From contig JAUFOQ010000002.1 in the NCBI GenBank assembly GCA_040285855.1, positions 3,162,001-3,226,000 of the forward strand: 64,000 bases of DNA, in the 5' to 3' direction. The notes below the pieces were generated by a model. It saw only the letters and a program-made list of their open reading frames with translations, was not told where the DNA came from and did not search any database. The position numbers were made by a program, and so were the translations under genes. Each line of letters begins with the position of its first letter. Position 1 is the stretch's first letter. This document shows, piece by piece, positions 50,727 through 59,771 of the stretch. This stretch comes from Eukaryota sp. GEM-RC1 (Eukaryota).

Positions 50727-51581
50727 TAGTGTTACGAGAAACGTAACAAAATTTGTCTAGAAACGTTTCCGAAACGTTTCCACGTTTCCACGTTTCCGAA
50801 ACGTCATTTTTATATGAACAATTCTCATTTCTTCCTAATCCAATTTCTCTCTTCGAAAATTTCTAAAATATCAACACTCTCACTGTTTTGTAGTATGTCT
50901 CATCGACAATGATGGAGGTGAAATCGTTCAGATTGCACACAGCGACGACTATTCGTCACTTTTCTCTCCCAGTGGCCGACGAAAAGACTCCACTGATTAC
51001 GTTGTGAGCTTGGCCTCTTCAAACTGAATGTTTCCTTGTATTAGATGGATGTAATGATCCACATATGGTCTTTAACATTGTTACACCTGATGGTGCAAGG
51101 TTATACGGTTGTATTACAACTTTTGCAAATTTTAAAGATACATTGTGGTTATGTTATTTTTATAGAATTTAATAATATTATTGAATAAATCAATCCAGCT
51201 CACATCACGTTAAAAAAGATGGTCAAAGTCGGTAGACGAATGAAAAGAAGTTTCCAAGATTTATCATTAGTCATAGAAGTTGAAGAAGACGAAGAAGTTT
51301 CGGATTGATTTAGTTCAACGACAGGATGAAATTGCCAATATCCTTCTTAATAGCTTGAAATTGAGTTTTAGGGTATTATCCTTAGTGCTCACTCACATTG
51401 TATCACAATCTGTAGGAGTGGATGAGTTTCTTTGGGGCAAAAACAAGTTTAAACCAGACCCAAAATTTACGTTTCCGAAACGTATTTTACGTTTCCAAGC
51501 GGTTTCCATACTGATATGTTTATTGGAAACGTTTCGGAAACGTAGAAACGCTGAAACGTAGAAACGTTTCTCGTAACACTA
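50727..51581. mobile_element. hAT-type non-autonomous element, 855 bp
   Basis: Perfect 18-bp TIR TAGTGTTACGAGAAACGT, 8-bp TSD TAATACAA, GAAACGT subterminal repeats. Confidence 0.94.
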
Positions 51582-51659
51582 TAATACAATGTGGGGAAAT
51601 TGGAAAAGTCCCACAAATGCACTTAAAAAAATTTCACAGTAGTAGAACAATTCCAACTT

Positions 51660-53411
51660 ATGACACGACCATCCAGATCCACGGGACGTTTAAACAACAA
51701 ATCGCCAACCCCTTACACTAAGAAAACGGCGGAGGTACAATCCAAAACTGTGATATCCCAGTTGACATCGTCTGTTGCTCAAACAAGACTTTCTGGTTGT
51801 CAGATTCTGTCGTCTTTGAACTTCACACCATCCCAACTTGTACGTTTACTTAAACAAAACGATCTTGGTCAACGTCTTGTAGATCTTCTGCTAGATCCTG
51901 ACACTTCTGTTTCTCAAGCAGCTACTGAAACTCTTCTGTCATTCACCTCATCCAAAGATCCCAATGTTTGTCAGACTTTCTTCCAATACAACCTTCTAAC
52001 AATCATTCAATCTCTACTTAACACTTCCCAAGACCCCCCAGCACTCCTCCTTGATGTCCTGGGTAACCTCTCCTCTTCTCCATCTGTTGCGTCAGCCTTA
52101 GCTTCTTCTGATCTTCTTTCCGCTCTTCTAATGATCACATCCAACGATCCATCTTTCTCTCGCTATTCATCCCATACCCATGCTGCTTGGCAATGTCTTC
52201 TATCAATTGTAGAATCATCTGACCTCTCCTCTCTTTCTTCGTCCCCTCACTTCCTTCCTTCACTTACCGCCCTTTCCACTTGTTCTGATCTCTCTACGTT
52301 AGCACAGGGCTCCCTCTTTTGTTCCTCTTTACTATTGGTACTGGTTAATTCCACACCAATTGATGAGTCACTCTGCCAGCGAATTCTAGAAGTTTTCTCC
52401 CACGTAATTGAGATCCTGTCAAAGATCTCCTTAGATGACGTTTCAACTTCCTTTATTTCTCTATTTAATGAGTACAAAGAGTTTTCTTCAAACGAGTCTA
52501 AATTTAATGAATTTGAATCAAAACTGTCAATGTTAATCGATCAAACGAGCTCAATCACCGACATTATTCAGTGTTTTTCAATCATTTTTGATGAACCTGC
52601 TGATGAGAATCCTGAAGCTACCCAGTTTGTAGTACAATGCTGTCCAAAAATTGAAACTATACTTAGTGTCTTGGTCAAGTTCATTCAGCCAATATGGAAT
52701 ATTTCACAACATTTTAATAATTTAAATGATTTGGAATCCGAAGTTCCTCCAGTTTTATCATCTCTTCTTGCAATTGTTCAAGTCACTTGTCTCACACTAG
52801 CTTCACTTTTAGTAGGTGTTCCATCAGAAGAGCTCACTTCAATCAATCCACAATCTCTTTTTGACCCCTTAATGACTCTAATTCTGAGCTCTAATAGTGA
52901 TTACATGATTAAGATTAGAGGAATGGTTAATGTAGGGGAAAGTGTTACGTCGTTGATGGCTTTGATTGTGAAACTTGCCGAAGTAGTTGTGGATATAGAT
53001 CAACTGATTGCATTGATTGATTTGGGATCCAGAAACATTTCGACTGTGATCACTGTAGACCTTCTTTCAATCATTGGACTCATAATAACACGATCTGCTG
53101 GTCTTTCTGATCTTGATGATGTGACTAGGTCAAAAATACGTGATTTCTTCCATCAGTTTATTACAAGTTCCACTCCATCAATAGCAAGTGAAGCTTTAGT
53201 CCACATGACTGCGATATTTAAACTTTCCGAAACAATTCCGAGTTTGCGGTTTCTTGTTTCTGTCAAAGAATTTTCAAATATTGTTCACAACGGTTCACTG
53301 TCAAAGCTGCTCAAGTCACGTCAAGTCAAGATGAATCTTGGTGACCGGGAATCATGCATGTCAGCAATTTCCGAAGCAAAGGAAGTTTTAGCCAGCTTTA
53401 TCCAGTATTAA
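51660..53411 (+). CDS. HEAT/ARM-repeat protein, HEATR3/Syo1-like
   Basis: Basic N-terminus, then QLTS...R..GC..L and RLVDLLLDP..SV..AA..L...VC, resembling the HEATR3 N-terminus. Confidence 0.65.
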   Translation: MTRPSRSTGRLNNKSPTPYTKKTAEVQSKTVISQLTSSVAQTRLSGCQILSSLNFTPSQLVRLLKQNDLGQRLVDLLLDPDTSVSQAATETLLSFTSSKDPNVCQTFFQYNLLTIIQSLLNTSQDPPALLLDVLGNLSSSPSVASALASSDLLSALLMITSNDPSFSRYSSHTHAAWQCLLSIVESSDLSSLSSSPHFLPSLTALSTCSDLSTLAQGSLFCSSLLLVLVNSTPIDESLCQRILEVFSHVIEILSKISLDDVSTSFISLFNEYKEFSSNESKFNEFESKLSMLIDQTSSITDIIQCFSIIFDEPADENPEATQFVVQCCPKIETILSVLVKFIQPIWNISQHFNNLNDLESEVPPVLSSLLAIVQVTCLTLASLLVGVPSEELTSINPQSLFDPLMTLILSSNSDYMIKIRGMVNVGESVTSLMALIVKLAEVVVDIDQLIALIDLGSRNISTVITVDLLSIIGLIITRSAGLSDLDDVTRSKIRDFFHQFITSSTPSIASEALVHMTAIFKLSETIPSLRFLVSVKEFSNIVHNGSLSKLLKSRQVKMNLGDRESCMSAISEAKEVLASFIQY

Positions 53412-53542
53412 TCCATTTAATTAGGAATTACTACTTTTTTATTTTAATTATTTTTGTTTTTAGTGTTTCTTTGAATCGACATCGGAATGTATTAAAATTT
53501 TGATGTTTTTAAAATCTTCTAGAATTGTCAACTTTATTAGTG

Positions 53543-54114
53543 TCACAGTTCATTCGACACAATATTCGAATTTTCTACAATTTTCAATATTTCTGCATTG
53601 CACAAAGGACACGCCCTTCTATATCTAATAAAATTAGAACAACAATCTGTACAAAAAGGTGTTTACAAACATCAACTTCATAAACTTCCGAACTTTTGGA
53701 AAATGTATCAAAGCATATAGAACAATCAAAATCTGAAGTCAATTTGTGTTTAGAAACACAAACTTCCTCAAGTGAAATGTCTTCAGGCGGTCTATCATCC
53801 AGTTGAATCAGATCCTCATAGGATAACCTGTCACCTGTATCGTCAGTGAAGGAGATGGAAAACTGTATCCGGGAATGGGGAGCTCCATTATCTTCGGAAG
53901 AGGAGTCATTGGGAGGGAAAGAGAAGTCGGACTGAGGGAAGATACTGGCTAAGACGTAGTGAACAAAGTCTTGAACGTCGTTTAGGATTGAAGGAGATTC
54001 GTTGGTATCTCTAGTATCTTGAGCTGCTAACGAAGGAGGGTGGGAAAAGAAGAGTGGTCTGCGTATCAAGAAACGGCGTCTCCGTGGCTGTAAGTCGTCG
54101 TCTTGTTGAGACAT
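53543..54114 (-). CDS. RING-finger (C3HC4) E3 ligase (T-run frameshift ~53655)
   Basis: LSYEDLIQL, then CSIC...CKHLFCTDC...CPLC after a 1-nt fix. Confidence 0.8.
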
Positions 54115-54582
54115 TTTGAATTGCCGGGGGGAATTTATGTCTGTTTTGTAACCTCCTACAGTAGGTTACAAAACGTACAATTTTTGATGGTAGTTTACCA
54201 GATCAAAAGTTTATGTCTTCATTTTTTTACATGGCATGTCTGAGAACAAGTTCTAGTATACACTATTCGGAAAAAGGTACTAGTAACCTTCCGACAAAAA
54301 TAGAAATTTGCAAAAACAAACAAACAATACGAAGACTAAATCCATACGACTTCATCCCTATCCGATAAAAGATTACATTTTTAACAGTAAACTTCACAGT
54401 AAACTTGTACAATTCTCATCTAATGGAGAGAAATAAAATGGCATATTCCATTATGAAAAACACAGTGTGGTTTTTCCATTCATCCATTCTAAACTTACAA
54501 AATATATTCTACAAAATATTCCAATATTTGGACTCTTGCAATTCACAGAACAAGTTGGTCCTTGTGATTCTAGACTTTGAGG

Positions 54583-54626
54583 GGCAGTAGAGTATGCGAA
54601 TTTAAAAATGAGAATACTCTACTGCC
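54583..54626. repeat. 44-bp imperfect palindrome, copy 1 of a direct-repeat pair
   Basis: GGCAGTAGAGTATGCGAATTTAAAAATGAGAATACTCTACTGCC; 13-bp perfect arms. Confidence 0.9.
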
Positions 54627-54747
54627 TACGAACCTTGAGTAAAGACAGATTCGATCGACTTCAAATATAAAAGAAGAGAACTGATAATTAATATAATTTA
54701 TTCAAAGATTAAAAAGAATCAGAATGAAACAAAACTAAATACTGTAC

Positions 54748-57700
54748 TTATTTAAACCAAGGAATGGCTTTCCTGTCCTTAGGGAAGTACCAATCGTAAG
54801 ATAAGAAAACTTCCTCGTCCTTCAAAGGTCTAAGGGCATACAGACCAACCAGCTTTTCCCCATTGACATCATTGAAGTCCTTTAAGTAAGCATTGTGTTC
54901 GGGGTGGTAGTTGGCGAACTTGCCCAAGCATATAGCATTAGTTCCGTCAAGGTACATCCCGTCTTTTCTTTGGACAATGTAGCCAGTAAAGGATCGTTTA
55001 GCTAATTTCTTTGAGATCTGAACACCTCGCCAGTAGGCAATGAGATCATGAGGAATGAGAGTCTTAGAAACGAAAAGTCCGTTTCCTGCATTAGTTAAAG
55101 TAGAAGGAGCCTTGTAGATTGAGAAAGGGCGTCCAGTAAGTAAGGACTTGCATGACACTTAGTGTTGCACCAGGGATCGGAATTTATTGTATTGTATTGT
55201 ATTGCACTTTTGCAAACTGCAACAATAAATAATTGTACTGTTAATCAATAATCACAAAATATTGTGAACAATATTGATTCTATTTGTACTGAAAAATATC
55301 ATTAACTAACATTTGCTAGTATGATACAGTCGATTTTGCAATGGTCATAGTCAGTGTTAATAATGACATTACTAGTTCATGGATGTACAAAAAGTAATTC
55401 ACGATCGAAACACCACACATCTATTGGTAAAAGGGATGGCTATACAAAATCGTTGCAGAAAAAATGAAATACCAAGAACAATATACACGTATTTCTACAC
55501 TCTACTTAGTATATGGGCCAGCAGATTGGCGGTAACAAGTGTTTGAAGGTATATCCCATCATTCTCAAAATTCGTGCATTTGTTAGCTACAAAAATTGTC
55601 TTAGGGTGTCATTCATTCAGAAGCAGACCGTCGCCATTGATATAATGTTTGAAGACAATAAATGCTAAAGAAAAACCAGAATTTCACACGAACTGTGAGA
55701 GTATACTAACAGTAAGAAGCTGCTCGGTGGAAAAGACGAATCTCCATGTACCAGCAACATACTTGTCTAAAATAGAATTCATATAGTGTTCACATTGAAA
55801 ACACAACAACCAATATTTACTATTTATGGCGATAGTTTTGGACACATACATGACAATTTTATTCATTGAGTGGATGGATGTGGGATGCAGCGGTTGATAA
55901 CTGCTGCATTAACAATCGTACTTCACATGGTTGTCTCTAGGAGAAGCAGTACGGTCGTCACAATCATCTCTGACCTCAAAAAGTTGTCACTGATCTGTTT
56001 GGATGAGTAGATCTTAGGAAAGTAGACATGAAAAATAATTTGTATTGTAATCAGTATATTTTATTTATTGTATTGTATTGTGGTACTCGAACAATAAATA
56101 ATTGGGATATATTGTGATTAAATTATTTGTAGTGCAATTATTTAGTTCCGATCACTGGTGTTGCACCAATGTCAGCCCCAGCCCCAGCCCAGCCCAGCCG
56201 CCCAGCCTGGCGGGCTGCAATACAATTGGGCTGGGCTTGAGAGTTTGTGGCTTAAGCCCGGGCGGCTTGACAATATACTGGGCTCAGCCCTTCAGCCCGT
56301 ATACAACTCTAATTTTTTTTGTAACATTTTTCAACAGTAGATATATGTATCAATTTTGTAAGTATCGTTACGCCATTGGCCAACAGTCATTGCAATAGTT
56401 AAAAGATACTACTGTGTATCAACTACTAATTACATAATTCAATTTGTTTGTTGTGTATGTACCACAGTGTAGATTGCATGAACTCTAATTCATCTTCTTT
56501 CAGTAAAATCCCAATCTTGCTTTCTTTGTAATGCCCTCTCGCCAAGACATCGTAACAATAACACATGACACACCACCTCCTGCTTCTGTTACTTCGCCAA
56601 AGTCGAAAAATGCTCTCCACTGAGTCTTTGAGAGCTGCATTGAGCTTAAGATCCTGGATGAAAGTGGAGTTTGAACAAGGTTTACAAGAAATGAAGTCTC
56701 TAAAAATAGAACTTTTTATTTAATTATAAATGTAATAGATCAAACAACTAAAATTTGATATCATTAAAACAACGCCCGTCGCTATCAAACCTTACAACAG
56801 CTTCGTCCTAATAAAAGGAACTCACTACTAATAAAGCTTTGGAGATGATTAGGGGAATTATTTTAAAAATAGTAAAAACGGTACGGTTCAACCATACCGT
56901 ATGATCAAAATGTTTGTTCATCCTATTTCTTGTACTTATTCTGCTTGGCTTGTTCAGAAGTGACTAAAGGGGAAGTTTCAGAGTACACATTCTTTAAAGA
57001 TGTCTTTTTACAAAATAGAACTTGATGAAGAAGAAAGTCAAGTAGAATAATATAGTTTATACATTTACAGAGATACAGTTTATTTGCAACAATAAATACA
57101 TACTAATTCAGAAAATGAAAGTGATTAAATTCTCCACATCAACACGAGAATTATCCCTATACAGCTTCGAATAAATGGAACTGAAATACTTGGGAAAATA
57201 CATTTACATGTTTTTATAGGTGATATGGCAACCAGACAGTATGAATACAGTGATTATTCTGATAGCAAATGTAAAGAACTTACAATGTAATAACCATAAG
57301 CTAAAAAGTTAGACACTACTATATCAATGTTTACTTGTTTGGGCTGGGGGCTGAGCTGAGCTGGGCTGATGAAATTACGGGCTGGGCTGGACTGGCTAGT
57401 GATTTGAGTGGGCGGGCTGAAACAATAAGGGCTGAGCCCCGCCGGGCTAAATTGTAAAGGGCTGAGTCGAGGTGCAACACTAATGACACTAAAATGAATT
57501 ACAAAGTTGAAACAAACTCGAACCATCTTCATTCATTGTTCTTCCGATCCACAGTAGAGAGAGATCGGTAACTTCCAAAGTCTTGTTTTTCATTATCTTC
57601 TTCTTCTCATCGTGTGCTTTCTAGGATTAGAGTAGTCGATCCTCAACATACCAGCATGACGCATTCTTCACACACAAATGCAGTTCCTGTGTCCCATCTG

Positions 57701-58369
57701 TCTTCCACACATTCTACATGGAATGCCCACTTGCAGAATCCTTCACAAAAGACAATATCCTTGACCTTTGCACTGGCCTCTTCCTCACAGATGGGACAAC
57801 TAACTCCATACTCAACTCCTTCTGAGTCTGAGCTTGATTCTTCGATGTAGTATTCTTTTGCAGATGGTGTACTCTCACCTCACCAGTAGGGAGGTGGATG
57901 CAGGTTCGGTCCTCGGGGGGTAGGTCAGTGTGTACTTTTCTGGGTCTGGATGGTTGAAAGTTGAGGTGTTGCCACATGTTGCAAATTGCTGTAATTAGTA
58001 TGCAGAACACCACATACTGGTAGTTACATGCTCGCACCCGGGAACTCCGCATTGATACTGGTGATCAGGTTTGGAGTTTAGAGCCTTGCACCTTCTACGA
58101 TGGGTGGTGAGATGTTCTTTTCGGGTAAAGGGTTGATGACAACCTTCACATTCGTGGGGTTTTTCACCTGTGTGGATGAGCATGTGTTGCCTCAGGTTGT
58201 AAGCTGAATTCAATGTCTACGATTAGTTTGTGGTTAAACATACTTTCAAACAATCACTGCACTGAAACTGAGTTGAATGCTTGGCAGTGACGTGCTTCCT
58301 TAATCCATCTTTGGTTCCGAAAACTGCATCACAGTCCTTGTAAGTACAAGCATACCCTCTTGTGGACAT
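54748..58369 (-). CDS. C2H2 zinc-finger + PHD + SET domain protein (5 exons, ~391 aa), interrupted by a hAT insertion
   Basis: Exons 58369-58244, 58216-58018, 57988-57652, 57620-57518, 57488-57483 joined to 55151-54748. Four GT-AG introns of 27/29/31/29 nt. One missing base near 57868 (paralog reads EVKVHPS). HTGEKP linker, C4HC3 PHD, SET motifs STLTNAGNGLF / KFANY / ALRPLKDEEVFLSY. Confidence 0.85.
55160..57482. mobile_element. Non-autonomous hAT element (outer), 2323 bp including nested insert
   Basis: TIR TAGTGTTGCACC / GGTGCAACACTA, 8-bp TSD ATGACACT (55152-55159 / 57483-57490), CAGCCC subterminal repeats. Confidence 0.92.
55171..56157. mobile_element. Nested hAT-like element (inner) inserted in the outer element's left TIR
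   Basis: TIR CAGGGATCGGAA / TTCCGATCACTG, flanked by duplicated GTGTTGCAC; ATTGT subterminal repeats. Confidence 0.88.
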
Positions 58370-58656
58370 GTGAGAAGAATTAATGCCGGTAGAAAAGTGA
58401 ATTTCGTCTGTTACACTTCATTTCTATGTGTGTTGTCAGAATTCTCATATGCCCACATCTTTATCTCTTCAATGTTTCTTCTTTGTGTCTACTTTTGCTG
58501 CTTCATTTGTCCAACCTGTACTCCCGTCCAATGCTTCACTTCACTGGTTTTGTGTTTTCTTCGTTAAATTGGTGTTAGTTTGAAAGAGAAAACGGTGTCT
58601 AGTGATTGAATAATTAGTGGTAGTTGTTATTATATATAAAGAGCTCCAGTTCTTAA

Positions 58657-58701
58657 GGCAGTAGAGTATGCGAATTTAAAAAATGTGAATACTCTACTGC
58701 C
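58657..58701. repeat. 45-bp imperfect palindrome, copy 2 of the direct-repeat pair
   Basis: GGCAGTAGAGTATGCGAATTTAAAAAATGTGAATACTCTACTGCC; same orientation as 54583. Confidence 0.9.
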
Positions 58702-59771
58702 TCTGCTATACCCTACTGTGTTTGCATACACAAACTTATGAAGATCCAAACTGACTTGACGACCTTATATCTTTTTTGGCTTCATGGCAGAACCTTTGTT
58801 CAACCATATTGTATGATCATTATTCTATAATGGAAACCCCCCTTCGTTTTAATCCCCGAATCTTTGGAAGCTGATCTCTTACTGCTTTACAATTACAACA
58901 AACAACATTGATGATACTTGGTACTAAAGAGGGTAAAAAATATAAGGAATTTGATGTTTATAAACCAAACTCATGAACTCCCTAACAATTCTAACACTTT
59001 TGTATAACATTGAGAAGAGTCCAACATCAAATCCGTCATTTGACATCGTCCTTATATCCAAGTTGTTTCAACAACTGAATAATGATTCGACACGATCCGT
59101 TCCTGTATTGTTACATTTTGTTTACAGATTGTTCTCTCTTCATAGAGGGATGAACTTCGCTCTAATATCTGCTTTCACCAACAATAACTCTTTCTGCTAA
59201 ATCCTATTTTATACTCACACTCAATTTACCTACAGAAACAAATAACGCTACATGCCGTACAACAATTTATAATCCTTCTAGAGTATTGGGAATATTGCAA
59301 TTTATTGCAATATATCTATTGTAACGGGCGACAATATCAATATATTTATTGTAATATTCGCAAACCACAGTATAGGAAAAGGTACAACGAATACAGTATC
59401 GCAATAAATTTTGTGGCATCAATGGATGTTCAAAACCGGGTCCACAGAACTGATTTTGCCTTCAAAAACGATCACTTCAAAAACATTTAATGAATGATTG
59501 TGATTAACTTCTAAACTTGTGATAGTATTCCACACAGTTAAAGAACTCCCAATAAGACCATGGGAAGGGTTAATCTACTAATTTACTACCCTTTTGAATT
59601 GGTTTTTCATGAAGAAGTGACAGTAACTGCGCAACTGTCTATTCCCCACCATACGAGGAAGGCTTAGGAGCCTCATTTGAGACGATGAGATGTCTTTTGC
59701 CACCTCATTATGAACTGGAAGGTGAATTTTGGACTATGAGGTTTAAAACCTTTCTTCTCACTTCGTAAATC

